Positions 9,734 through 19,492 of a DNA stretch of 64,000 bases are shown piece after piece. The notes under the pieces were generated by a model that was not told the DNA's origin, searched no databases, and saw only the letters and a list, made by a program, of their open reading frames with translations. The position numbers and the translations under genes were made by a program. Positions within the stretch are counted from its first letter, which is position 1. Every line of letters begins with the position of its first letter. This stretch comes from Minisyncoccia bacterium (GTDB lineage Bacteria; Patescibacteriota; Minisyncoccia; Phycocordibacterales; UBA918): positions 4,769 through 68,768 of the forward strand of contig JBGSYZ010000013.1 in assembly GCA_041750655.1 (NCBI GenBank), read 5' to 3'.

Positions 9734-9774
9734 ATATAATACCCTTTTTAAAGACTCACTACCCCCCTTTTCCC

Positions 9775-9849
9775 CACAAACAGTCTGGGAGACTGTTTGT
9801 GTTGGTTATAACAGTCTCCGAGACCTGTTTGTGTTGGTTACATAGTCTC
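9775..9849. repeat. tandem palindromic ~30-bp repeats (REP-like)
   Basis: GAGACTGTTTGTGTTGGTTATAACAGTCTC (9789-9818) and GAGACCTGTTTGTGTTGGTTACATAGTCTC (9820-9849), plus inverted CACAAACAGTCT. Confidence 0.75.
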
Positions 9850-9874
9850 GTGAATATTTGTGATTATATCGTTA

Positions 9875-11179
9875 CTACTGTGGCAAGTACAACATTGGGT
9901 CTAGATAGGCATCGGTAGCGGCAATTGGAGTAGTTGCCGAGCCACAACTGGTTACAGTCTTAATTTCATTGAATTTACGAATAGTAACACCGGCGCTCGC
10001 ATATACAGTAAAGTGAAGGTGTGGACCAGTTGAATAGCCAGTATTACCACTGTAACCAATAATGTCCCCAGTCGCGACTGATTCACCAGGAGTAACACTC
10101 TGTAAATCTTGGTGAGCATATAGAGTGGTAAGACCATTTGGGTGGTCAATAAGTGTCCACTTGCCCCAAGAGTAACATCCAGGAAACGCGTCAGTATTAC
10201 CCGTTGCACGAACTGTACCGCCCAAGGGGGCGTAAATAGGTGTACCGCGCGGCACTCCAAAATCAACCCCCGGGTGGTATGCACGACCACCATACACACT
10301 AGCGTTTCGCTTCGCAAACTCAGTTCCACCAAAGTATTGAGTAATAATTACGTTATCAACTGGCCATCGAAACACTCCAGTACCAGGAACCGGAACGGAA
10401 TTTGGATCAAGAATAAACTGTAATTTAGCCTCAAAGTCACGCATCTCCTTTTCTATCTGGTCTTTAGCTGCTTTTTTCTGGGCTAACAAACTTTGGTACT
10501 CTGCCTCTTGATTTTTAGTTTTCTTTAAAAGAGTATCTTTCTCACTCTTGTTGTTGGTAAGAAGACTTTGTTGGTCGCTGTATTGGTCTTTTAAATCGAG
10601 AAGCTCACCACGTCGATAATGTTCAGACTCACGCTTGCTTTCCAGAAGATCTTTTAAGTTAGTAAGATTGTCCACCCGTTGACTTATTGAAGAACGTACT
10701 GATTCCAATTCTTCCAGTGAATTCCAGTAGTCAGAAATATCATCAAATGAAAGAAGGGTTTCAATCATGGATTGCTGATCTTGGGTATATACACTGCGAA
10801 TAATTTCTCGTAACGCGTCTTGATTTTCAAAAATATTTTCTTCGGTGTTGTTGATTTCAATATTAAGCTTACTAATCTCCAAATCAGTTGAACCAATTTT
10901 CGTTTCAGTGTATTTGAGATCGGCTGTTACTTTTTTCCTCTCTAGTTCCAGTTGGTTAATGGCTTTTTGGAGCGTGCTCTTTTCGGCACCAACCTCTAGT
11001 AAAGCTGCTTCAAATTGCGCAATTTCTTGCTCAATTTGTGACAGTCGATTGCTTCGATCATTGATCTCATCTTTCAACTTTTCAATTTCTGTCTGGGCAA
11101 ACGCAAAATGAGTCCCTAAAGAGAGACTGGGAACGAGCGCGAGGCCCATCACAAAAGCCATTAGAGTAGCTCTACTCAT
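9875..11179 (-). CDS. coiled-coil M23 peptidase (EnvC/CwlO-like murein hydrolase or activator)
   Basis: Signal peptide, long coiled coil, HPGVD, YAH, STGPHLHF. Confidence 0.92.
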   Translation of the reverse strand: MSRATLMAFVMGLALVPSLSLGTHFAFAQTEIEKLKDEINDRSNRLSQIEQEIAQFEAALLEVGAEKSTLQKAINQLELERKKVTADLKYTETKIGSTDLEISKLNIEINNTEENIFENQDALREIIRSVYTQDQQSMIETLLSFDDISDYWNSLEELESVRSSISQRVDNLTNLKDLLESKRESEHYRRGELLDLKDQYSDQQSLLTNNKSEKDTLLKKTKNQEAEYQSLLAQKKAAKDQIEKEMRDFEAKLQFILDPNSVPVPGTGVFRWPVDNVIITQYFGGTEFAKRNASVYGGRAYHPGVDFGVPRGTPIYAPLGGTVRATGNTDAFPGCYSWGKWTLIDHPNGLTTLYAHQDLQSVTPGESVATGDIIGYSGNTGYSTGPHLHFTVYASAGVTIRKFNEIKTVTSCGSATTPIAATDAYLDPMLYLPQ

Positions 11180-11182
11180 TAC

Positions 11183-12643
11183 TTATATTTTATCACAGGC
11201 TGTCTGGATTCGTAGTAACGTTTCTTCTTTTCCTAGTATATGAGCGACTGTAAATGGGTCTGGAGAGCGTTCACGACCGGTTAAGGATACTCTCAGAGGC
11301 CATAAAACCTCACCTTTGCCTACTTGTTCAGCGTATGCCCAGAGTGAGGCTTTTATGGTTTCTGGCGTAGAAAAGTCTGCGTTTTGGAGTAGCTTTTGAG
11401 TGTGCTCTAGACGTGGCCGCGCCGTGGCCGCGCTCTCATCGTTTTTCCACTTAATAAGTTCTGCAGAAACTTCTGGGGAGGTAAAAGCCCAGTCATACTC
11501 CCCTGTCTCCATAGCTTCTTTAATTTCTAGTTTGTTGTGGATACGCTCAAGAATGGTTGGGTACATTTTACCCACCCTGTCTTCACTGTACTGCGGGAGT
11601 AATTTAATAGTGTCAGGCACACCGGACAAAACGTACGCTAATTTTTCGTGGTCAGACAAGGTAGTCGCGATATGTTCCTTGTTCATCCAGCGTAATTTAT
11701 CCTCGTTAAAAGCACCACCGGATTTTTGAATCCCAGATAAACTAAAAGCTTCAATTAATTCCTGTTCATCAAAAAATAATTCTCTATCATCTCCTGGGTT
11801 CCAGCCGATTAACGATAAAAAGTTTCGTAATGCGCTGGGTAGGTACCCATCAGCGTCGTATTCGAGTGCGTCTTTAGACCCATCACGTTTACTTAGTTTT
11901 TTCTTTCCGTCTGGTCCCAATATTGGCGGTAAGGTAACGAATTTAGGATACTCGACTTCAAGTGCATCATACAAGCTGAGGAATTTTGGCATACTCGAAA
12001 TGAATTCTTCACCACGCATTACATGAGTCACTCCCATTTCTAGATCGTCTACTATGTGAGCAAAGTTGTACGTTGGGTACCCATCAGCTTTAATAAGAAT
12101 AAAATCATCCACCATTTCTTCGCCAGCGGTTAATTCTCCCCGGACTTCATCCTGCCAAGTGTAGCGTTTTATCTCTGGAACTTTCAGACGCAATGGCCGA
12201 CTTCCATCCCAGACACCAAAAGTTTTTGGTCGGTGGTTACGATATAGAAATGGTCTTTTTTCAGCTATAGCGTTGTCTCTGAAGGCTGTTACTTCCCCTT
12301 CTGTATACGGATCGGGATACGCCAAGCCTTTTTCAATTAATGTGTCAGCGTACTTTTTATATGTTTCTAGTCGCTCAGACTGGATACAGCTGCCAAAATT
12401 CTCACTTGGTGTATTGGGACCATAGTCCCAGGTGACTCCAAACCAACGTAAAGAGTTTTGAATTTGTTCAATAGAACCAGCCACTTCCCTCTCTTTATCA
12501 GTGTCTTCAATACGAAGAATAAACGTTCCGTTATTTTTCCTAGCCCAATAATAAGCAAACAGTGCAGTGCGTACACCACCAATATGTAAAAATCCGGTTG
12601 GTGACGGAGCAAATCTCGTCACGACAGTGTTAGTTTTGGGCAT
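11183..12643 (-). CDS. gltX: glutamate--tRNA ligase
   Basis: TRFAPSPTGFLHIGG, RIEDTD, KLSKR. Confidence 0.97.
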   Translation of the reverse strand: MPKTNTVVTRFAPSPTGFLHIGGVRTALFAYYWARKNNGTFILRIEDTDKEREVAGSIEQIQNSLRWFGVTWDYGPNTPSENFGSCIQSERLETYKKYADTLIEKGLAYPDPYTEGEVTAFRDNAIAEKRPFLYRNHRPKTFGVWDGSRPLRLKVPEIKRYTWQDEVRGELTAGEEMVDDFILIKADGYPTYNFAHIVDDLEMGVTHVMRGEEFISSMPKFLSLYDALEVEYPKFVTLPPILGPDGKKKLSKRDGSKDALEYDADGYLPSALRNFLSLIGWNPGDDRELFFDEQELIEAFSLSGIQKSGGAFNEDKLRWMNKEHIATTLSDHEKLAYVLSGVPDTIKLLPQYSEDRVGKMYPTILERIHNKLEIKEAMETGEYDWAFTSPEVSAELIKWKNDESAATARPRLEHTQKLLQNADFSTPETIKASLWAYAEQVGKGEVLWPLRVSLTGRERSPDPFTVAHILGKEETLLRIQTACDKI

Positions 12644-13760
12644 GTTCTTTGGCAATTGAAATTAAGGTATCAGCTAGGGCAAAAGCAGCGTGATGAATAA
12701 AGAATGACTCGGCACCACGACGCATTTTGGCCTGTAATTCAGCATCTTGCATGATACGTTCGATTTCAGCAACTAGCAAATTTTCAGTCAAATTGCGCTC
12801 TTCCATGACAATAGCACCACCAGTCCGTGCGTACGCAAAAGCATTAGTGCGTTGGTCGTGGCTAATTTCTTCCGGAATTGGTACTAAAATAGCTGGCTTT
12901 TGATGAAACGCAATTTCTGAAATGGTGCTACTACCAGCTCGACTAACAATGAGCGTTGCAAAGCTTTGTAAGGCATGAAATTCATCACCTGGTACATTAC
13001 CAAACACATGATATCTTTCACGTAAATCTTTGTCTTCAATAAGTAAGTCAGCAGTTTGAATCATCAAATCCGCATTATCACGCCCCGCTTGATGCACTAT
13101 TTGGTAGTGCGGCAATATTTCATTAAGTAAGTTTAAAACAAAATTATTTATCCGCTCTGCTCCAAGAGAGCCAGTCACAAACAATATATACGGATCCCCA
13201 GGAATAATTTCCTGCTCGCGCAAACCTTTGGTGTTTGGCTCTTCATAAAATACTTTTCGTAGTGGTATACCCACAAGAGAAGTTTTTTTGGCTTCAAAGA
13301 ATTTAGCTGCTTCTGGATACGAGATCCCAATATACCGAGCAAATCGCCTCGCGAACATATTTGCTCGCCCTGGTGTAGCATCAGATTCGTGTATGACAAT
13401 CGGTATTTGCAGTACGAACGCAGCGAGGACTACCGGTACACTAGTGTGGCTACCTTTACTAAAAACTACATCCGGATAAATCGAAAAGAGCTGTCGTAAG
13501 GCTACGAAAAAACCTCGAATGGTTTTAAATATGTCTGTAAAATTTTGCAAAGAAAAATAACGCCGTATTTTACCGGCTGGGCACCAAACATAGGAGATAC
13601 TGAGCTTACCTAACGCCGGCTCGTCAAAAATTTCTGGGCCAATATAAAACAGTTCAATTTCGGTACCAAGCTCTGTTTCGCGGGCGCGTAGAGCTTCAGC
13701 GGTTGCTATCAGGGGGTAAAAGTGCCCACCCGAACCGCCTCCAACTAACATTATTCGCAT
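12630..13760 (-). CDS. murG: lipid II GlcNAc transferase MurG
   Basis: GGGSGGH, IHESD, GSLGA, SRAGSST, HDQRTNA. Confidence 0.95.
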   Translation of the reverse strand: MRIMLVGGGSGGHFYPLIATAEALRARETELGTEIELFYIGPEIFDEPALGKLSISYVWCPAGKIRRYFSLQNFTDIFKTIRGFFVALRQLFSIYPDVVFSKGSHTSVPVVLAAFVLQIPIVIHESDATPGRANMFARRFARYIGISYPEAAKFFEAKKTSLVGIPLRKVFYEEPNTKGLREQEIIPGDPYILFVTGSLGAERINNFVLNLLNEILPHYQIVHQAGRDNADLMIQTADLLIEDKDLRERYHVFGNVPGDEFHALQSFATLIVSRAGSSTISEIAFHQKPAILVPIPEEISHDQRTNAFAYARTGGAIVMEERNLTENLLVAEIERIMQDAELQAKMRRGAESFFIHHAAFALADTLISIAKEHAQN

Positions 13761-13788
13761 ATCAATATTGTATCATCAACGATCCAAA

Positions 13789-14892
13789 CTAAGACTTGAT
13801 TCGTCGTTGATATTTTGAAACATTAAGTACCAGACCAACCGAGGCTAAGGTGACCATCATGGCCGTTCCGCCGTGACTTATGAACGGAAGCGGCAATCCT
13901 GACAACGGCACGAGCGCCACCATGGCAGCAATATTTAAAAATGCTTGGGCTACAATAACGGTCATGATACCAACCACTAATAACATACCAAATAAGTCTG
14001 TGGCTCGTGATGCAATCTTGTACCCCCGCAACGCAAAGCCTGTTAATAAGGCAATAAGTAATGAACTACCTAAAAATCCAAATTCTTCACTGTAGACAGC
14101 AAACACCGAGTCACCGATAGGTTCTGGCAGGTACTCAAATTTTTGAATACTTTGCCCGAATCCTCGACCGGTAATCTGTCCTGAACCGATAGCGATTAAT
14201 GATTGTTTTATTTGGTACCCTGAACCTTGTGGGTCAAGAGACGGGTTAATAAAGGTCATAATACGGTCTTTAATATATGGTCTAGTGAAAGCCAAAATAA
14301 TCAACATTACCACTGCACACGTGCCAATAGTAATAACATGACTCCATTTCCCACCCGCCGTAATAAACATAGCAGTGGCCGCCATACCCATAATGACGAA
14401 CGTATCAGTATCAGGTTGCATAAGCATTACCAATCCCACTGCTCCAGTGATACCAACAAAAGGCAATGTGCCGTAACGCCAGGTTTCAATTTTCTTATGG
14501 ACTCCTGAAAGCCAAGTGGCTATATAGATAATAAAACCAATTTTTAGAACTTCGGCTGGTTGAAACGTAAAGGAACCAATATGAAGCCAACGAGTAGCAC
14601 CACCATGACTCATTCCGATTCCCGGTACAAACACCATTAAAGTTAGCACAATTGAAGCAATAAAGACGTACACTGCGTATTTGCGCCAAATACGATAATG
14701 AATCGCGCTACTAAAAAACATCGCGATACTCCCTCCGATAATACCGAACACAATCTGACTAAAGGCAACTGAGGTAAAACTAGCTCCATCACGAGCCAAT
14801 AAACCGAGTGAAGCAGAAGTAAAAATAAAAAAGCCATCAGCGACCAGCAGCCCAGTAATGGCAAGTAGGGTTTTGTCGATGCCATGATGCAT
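13789..14892 (-). CDS. ftsW: SEDS peptidoglycan glycosyltransferase FtsW
   Basis: GATRW, FQPAE, GYQIKQS, LPFISHGG; between mraY and murG. Confidence 0.93.
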   Translation of the reverse strand: MHHGIDKTLLAITGLLVADGFFIFTSASLGLLARDGASFTSVAFSQIVFGIIGGSIAMFFSSAIHYRIWRKYAVYVFIASIVLTLMVFVPGIGMSHGGATRWLHIGSFTFQPAEVLKIGFIIYIATWLSGVHKKIETWRYGTLPFVGITGAVGLVMLMQPDTDTFVIMGMAATAMFITAGGKWSHVITIGTCAVVMLIILAFTRPYIKDRIMTFINPSLDPQGSGYQIKQSLIAIGSGQITGRGFGQSIQKFEYLPEPIGDSVFAVYSEEFGFLGSSLLIALLTGFALRGYKIASRATDLFGMLLVVGIMTVIVAQAFLNIAAMVALVPLSGLPLPFISHGGTAMMVTLASVGLVLNVSKYQRRIKS

Positions 14893-14893
14893 A

Positions 14894-15952
14894 TTACAAA
14901 ACTATGGCCAATAGAAATCCAACAATCGCGCACACAAACCCGAGCACCCAGTATCGCATGGTTACTTTATAGCTCGGCCAACCGAGAGCCTCAAAATGAT
15001 GATGAATTGGAGCAACTAAAAATACTTTTTTTCCGCGCAGTTTTTTCGAGCCAACTTGAATTAGGTTGGAGACAACTGTCACCACCAGTAAAAATGCCAC
15101 TACAGGCAGAACACTAACACCTTTTCCGTCAGCTAGTGTGTCAGTCATAAATGCAATTACGGTCAGTGTCATGGTCAGAGCCATTACTCCAGTTTCAGTC
15201 ATGTAAAACCTAGCGGGTGGGATGTTGAACCACAAAAAGGCTAAGATTCCTCCGACAATAGTAGCGCACAACGCTGCGATATCAATCTGATTCTGATAAA
15301 AAGCAATACCAGTATAGGCAGCGAAAATAAACATAAATACCCCACCAGAAAGGCCATCGATACCGTCAATTACGCTACTGGAGTACACAGCTACTGCTAT
15401 TAGAATAAAGAATGGTATAAAGAAAATCCCAAGTTGAACTTCTGATGAGAAGAAGCTGACGCTCGAAACATCTAGCTTTTCATAAAACCACCAGGCTGAA
15501 AATAAAGCTGTTGCTCCAACCACTAGAATTCTTTGTGATAAGGGCAGTCCACCGGCAAAGTGTTTTCCTCCCCCACTAACTACCAAGTAATCATCAATAA
15601 AGCCAACCAAAGCACCAATGGCCAGAGCAAACAATGGCAACCAGGTTTGGGAACGACTTAAGAAATTAAATTCTTCATAGCCTAGCCACGCTATGAGTGA
15701 AGTGATGCCGATAGTAATAAAAATACTGGCCCAAATGACTATACCGCCCATGCGTGGCGTGTTCGTATCTTTTTCTTTGTGGAGTTTATCAAAAATTGGT
15801 GTTGCTCCCCCACCGTACCCTGTTCCTTTACCAGCTTTTTTCTTCCACATTTCATTCTTATAAAGCCATGTTGAAACAAAAGGAGTCACAATCAGCCCCA
15901 CCAAAAAAGCAATAGCAGTGGGAGCAAAGATTTTAACAAGTGCAGTTTCCAT
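14894..15952 (-). CDS. mraY: phospho-MurNAc-pentapeptide transferase
   Basis: TPRMGG, DGIDGL, FN.PPAR, APIHHHFE. Confidence 0.95.
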   Translation of the reverse strand: METALVKIFAPTAIAFLVGLIVTPFVSTWLYKNEMWKKKAGKGTGYGGGATPIFDKLHKEKDTNTPRMGGIVIWASIFITIGITSLIAWLGYEEFNFLSRSQTWLPLFALAIGALVGFIDDYLVVSGGGKHFAGGLPLSQRILVVGATALFSAWWFYEKLDVSSVSFFSSEVQLGIFFIPFFILIAVAVYSSSVIDGIDGLSGGVFMFIFAAYTGIAFYQNQIDIAALCATIVGGILAFLWFNIPPARFYMTETGVMALTMTLTVIAFMTDTLADGKGVSVLPVVAFLLVVTVVSNLIQVGSKKLRGKKVFLVAPIHHHFEALGWPSYKVTMRYWVLGFVCAIVGFLLAIVL

Positions 15953-15957
15953 AAAAA

Positions 15958-16971
15958 TTATTCACTAAAAAGTAATCTGGTGGCTTTGCTTAATTTCAAC
16001 ACATCTTCAAATCGACCATCTCGCGAAGAGTCTAGAACCACAACGACAATTGGGTGGTTTAGACCCACGTCGAAGGCGATTACCAGGTTACCACCAGCGA
16101 GTGTGGTGTAGCCTGTTTTAGAGCCGATCAACCCCGGTATTCTATTTACCACACCATTAGTATTTTGGGCATTATGAAAATCACCATTTTGATTATAAAA
16201 ACGAGTTGATGATTCTTTTGTCTCAACCAGTATTTCTGGATAATTACTTACGATGTAGCTCATAAGATGAGCAATATCTTTGGCCGAACCAAAAGCCCCT
16301 GCTTGGTTTTCAGATAAGTCTAATCCTGTTGGGTTATAGAACTTTAGTGAATTCAGCTCGAGTTGGTCGGCTCGAATATTCATGGCCTCGATAAAAGTGC
16401 CGGCATCAATACTGCCAGCCAGTTCGCCACCAGCGGCTTCAGCTAGCGCGTAGGCGCCGTCATTTGATGAGGTCATAAGGGTCATATCACTGAGTGTTTG
16501 ACGTGTAAATCTCTCGCCACCCAGTAAGCCACTGTCTCCTTCTTGGGCAATGGCGTTATAGGTAACGCCAACTGTTGATTTTTCTGACAAGATCTCGTTG
16601 GCCAGTAAAGCGGTCATGAGTTTAGTGACTGACGCCAATGGCAATACTTCGTCGGCGTTCTTAGCGTACAACACTTGACCAGTTTGCATATCAAACACAT
16701 ACGCCGCTTTGGCAGTTACTGTGACGTTTTCAATTTTCTTTTCAACACTAGGCTTGCTACTAATAACAGCGGCTGCTTGAGCGTTGGCGTTTTGGGATTC
16801 GTTTGGGGGTAAAGCTTTTTGAGCAAATTCAGTAATCTGCCCGACAATAGCTGAACTGAATATAACTATCAGCAAAACCATTAAAATTACCAATTGCCAA
16901 AAAACCGGCTGACGGGTGTAGTCAGGGTTGGTGGTTTGATATGAATGCTCTACATTATTTTCTCCTTCCAT
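15958..16971 (-). CDS. D-Ala-D-Ala carboxypeptidase (peptidase S11)
   Basis: SVTK, SSN, KTG motifs; N-terminal TM. Confidence 0.9.
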   Translation of the reverse strand: MEGENNVEHSYQTTNPDYTRQPVFWQLVILMVLLIVIFSSAIVGQITEFAQKALPPNESQNANAQAAAVISSKPSVEKKIENVTVTAKAAYVFDMQTGQVLYAKNADEVLPLASVTKLMTALLANEILSEKSTVGVTYNAIAQEGDSGLLGGERFTRQTLSDMTLMTSSNDGAYALAEAAGGELAGSIDAGTFIEAMNIRADQLELNSLKFYNPTGLDLSENQAGAFGSAKDIAHLMSYIVSNYPEILVETKESSTRFYNQNGDFHNAQNTNGVVNRIPGLIGSKTGYTTLAGGNLVIAFDVGLNHPIVVVVLDSSRDGRFEDVLKLSKATRLLFSE

Positions 16972-16979
16972 ATATAAAA

Positions 16980-17531
16980 TTAAGTCGCCGCATCCTCAGC
17001 TTCAGGCTGAGTAGCTGCAAAGTTATCCAAAGCCGTCGCTACTGTAGCATAATCTGGCAAACCTTCCTTTTGTTCTATTCCGAGGTGTGCTAAGAGTGCT
17101 GGTGTAGCCTGGTAACTATACCCTCGGGCACTTTCACTTCCTACTCGTTCTACCAAGCCACGTATCTGTAGGTTGCGAAGAATAAACGAAGAATTTACTC
17201 CGCGGATCCGATCTATCTCAATTCGACTTATTGGGCCGCGGTATAAAATCACCGCCAATGTTTCGGCTCCAGCGCTGCCGATATCACGCTTTAAATCGTC
17301 ACGTCTGATTCGTTCAATTACTTCTGCGTGCTCGGGGGCAGTCATAATTTGTACTTCTTTGGTATCTGACACAATCAGACGAAGGCCTCTGGTAGACAGA
17401 TTTTGTTGTAAAGACACTAAAGCGTTACCTAAGTTTTCAGCGTCAGTGGCAAAAAACTTCAGCAACCACGAAATAGCCACCGGTTTGGCTTTGTAAAATA
17501 AGACTGCCTCGATGTGTTGTTCGAGCTCCAC
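16980..17531 (-). CDS. scpB: SMC-Scp complex subunit ScpB
   Basis: IEAVLF, ETLAVILYRGPISRIEIDRIRGVNS. Confidence 0.93.
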   Translation of the reverse strand: MELEQHIEAVLFYKAKPVAISWLLKFFATDAENLGNALVSLQQNLSTRGLRLIVSDTKEVQIMTAPEHAEVIERIRRDDLKRDIGSAGAETLAVILYRGPISRIEIDRIRGVNSSFILRNLQIRGLVERVGSESARGYSYQATPALLAHLGIEQKEGLPDYATVATALDNFAATQPEAEDAAT

Positions 17532-17602
17532 ACCTCTATTTTACCAGAAAAACCCCTGTTTTACTTGAGATATTGACAGTTTAAAAAAGGTGTTGATAAG
17601 TG

Positions 17603-18070
17603 TTGACAAATATTTATATTGTGCTAGTATATTGGCATTCGGGAGGAACGTGGCGACCCGGATCGGGTGCTTTGCACCGAAGTCGGCCACAACCACCAAC
17701 GCCGGCATGACCGGCAAGGAGGAAACGATGAAGATGCTGACCGCGACCGCTCGAGGCTCGCCGTGCGCGTAGCGCACAATAACAAAAATCAAATCGTCGA
17801 TCTTTTGACCGACATCGCCGGCGCCGACCTGGGCGACTGACCGATCCCGGCCGACGCGGGCCGCGAAGGCAGGTGAATCCTGGCCTTGGTCCGCACAACG
17901 ACAACCTTTCTGTTCCGGGAATGCCCGGCGAAAAAAGATTGGTGGTCGCGATTCTTCCGCCCAAGCAGCGCATGGCTGACTTGTGTGAATCACAAATGCT
18001 TAACGGTGGGATAAGCTCCACCACAAACGGCCTCTAACTTGTGCGGACAAGTTAGGGGTTTTTCTTTTTT
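17603..18070 (+). ncRNA. candidate large GC-rich structured RNA with internal SD-led 14-codon ORF (17728-17772)
   Basis: TTGACA-16-TAGTAT promoter, many hairpins, terminator CCTCTAACTTGT-GCGG-ACAAGTTAGGGG plus T-tract. Confidence 0.5.
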
Positions 18071-18116
18071 ATATTGTAGCTAGGTCTTTCCTAGCTTAAG
18101 TTAAACAATCAAAAAA

Positions 18117-18860
18117 TTAAAAATACCCTGGAGCTCCCTTGCCTTCCCTTTCAATATGGATATCATCAAAGCGACGGGCTTGAGCTACTAAGATGGAGCC
18201 TTGTTTGACTGACTCAAGCACGGCGAGAAATCCAACAATCACCGAACCTCTTTCTTTCTCATCTTTGATTAAGTCACTAAATCGTAGCTTCAGTTGCCTT
18301 TGTATACGCTCATGTAGACGATCAATCATTTCTTCCAGCGAAACAACTTTCTTTACTTGTACTTTTGGTTTTATTTCGGTTTTGGGGAGATTGGTTACAA
18401 CATTTCGGGCCGCTTCACTAAGAGCACTTAGATTTGTGAATTTATCCTCTACAAAAATTGGCTCGTCTGGGAGTACAAACGCACTCTCGTACATCATGTG
18501 TTGGCCAAAGATGTTTTGGATGGTTCTGCCAGCTTCACGGTAGATTTGGTACAGCTTAAGTCGGTGCTCAAGATCTTCGATTTTTTCTTCTTCCTCGTCG
18601 GTGAGTTCTAGAACCGGTAGTAAGGATTTGGATTTTATTAAAAGTAAGGTGGCGGCCAGGGTAATGAACTGGGCGGTATTAGGGAGTGAAAGTTGTTGCA
18701 TGTGTGAGACACGCGCCATGTATTCGTTGGTTACTTCGGCCAGGGATATGTCATTAATCAAAAGCTTTCGTTTCTCAACGAGTTCGATAAGGAGTTCTAA
18801 CGGTCCTTCAAACACTGGGGTTTTAACCGCGAACGTAGGCTCGTGCGTTGTACTAGGCAC
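18117..18860 (-). CDS. scpA: segregation/condensation protein ScpA
   Basis: FEGPLELL, LIKSKSLLP, FLAVLE motifs. Confidence 0.93.
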   Translation of the reverse strand: MPSTTHEPTFAVKTPVFEGPLELLIELVEKRKLLINDISLAEVTNEYMARVSHMQQLSLPNTAQFITLAATLLLIKSKSLLPVLELTDEEEEKIEDLEHRLKLYQIYREAGRTIQNIFGQHMMYESAFVLPDEPIFVEDKFTNLSALSEAARNVVTNLPKTEIKPKVQVKKVVSLEEMIDRLHERIQRQLKLRFSDLIKDEKERGSVIVGFLAVLESVKQGSILVAQARRFDDIHIEREGKGAPGYF

Positions 18861-18927
18861 ATGTACATATTAGCAGGAAAAGGCAAAGCCTTTTCCTGCT
18901 TCTGAACATTGACACAATAAAAAAATG

Positions 18928-19476
18928 TTACTTATTTAAAGTCTTAAACCACGGCAGGATTTCCTTTTTCTTGAATTTCTCTAGCCAGTCATCCCGATGT
19001 TCGCGGTATTTGTCGTAGCTTTTTGGATATTCTGCGTACAGTTCGAGTTTCTTTTCTCCGTACTCGCTTACCTTCTCTGGATGCGCTTCCCAGTAGGTTT
19101 TTACAATCAAAAATGAGTCGATGAGTTTGTGGCCTTGCGGCAAGATGTGGATGTTTTCGATTCGTACATTATCTTTCTCTTTAGACACTAGTACAGTCTC
19201 GGGACCAACGTAGTCAAATTCTATTTCGTATCCGAATTGTTTAAGGGTGGTCAACTCTCGATCCAAACAATGAATATCTGGTACGACTACCAGCACATCG
19301 ACAATCGGTTGGCTTGGTAGACCCTCAATAGCGGTTCCTCCGACGTGATGAATATCTGGTTGGCAATCATCAAAGATTTGGATGAATTGATTTTCTAGCA
19401 ATTGATAACGCTCTGCCCAAGCTGGGTCAGTCGGGACTATGTGGTAAACACGATCTTTATGTGAACTTTTAGGCAT
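18928..19476 (-). CDS. GrpB family nucleotidyltransferase-fold protein
   Basis: IHHVGGTAIEGLPSQPIVD, Y..KK.EL. Confidence 0.85.
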   Translation of the reverse strand: MPKSSHKDRVYHIVPTDPAWAERYQLLENQFIQIFDDCQPDIHHVGGTAIEGLPSQPIVDVLVVVPDIHCLDRELTTLKQFGYEIEFDYVGPETVLVSKEKDNVRIENIHILPQGHKLIDSFLIVKTYWEAHPEKVSEYGEKKLELYAEYPKSYDKYREHRDDWLEKFKKKEILPWFKTLNK

Positions 19477-19492
19477 AAAATTATTATAGCAA

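Noticed and set aside
9775-9849. CRISPR array
   Set aside because: Only two diverged units with no spacers and no cas operon
18005-18023. tmRNA or tRNA 3' end (CTCCACCA)
   Set aside because: No T-arm GTTCGA before it and no matching GGGG 5' acceptor strand; it is simply a GGTGG/CCACC hairpin
17541-18024. Track ORFs of 150, 136 and 60 aa across the GC-rich island
   Set aside because: Mutually overlapping, no recognisable motifs; expected by chance in GC-rich, stop-poor DNA
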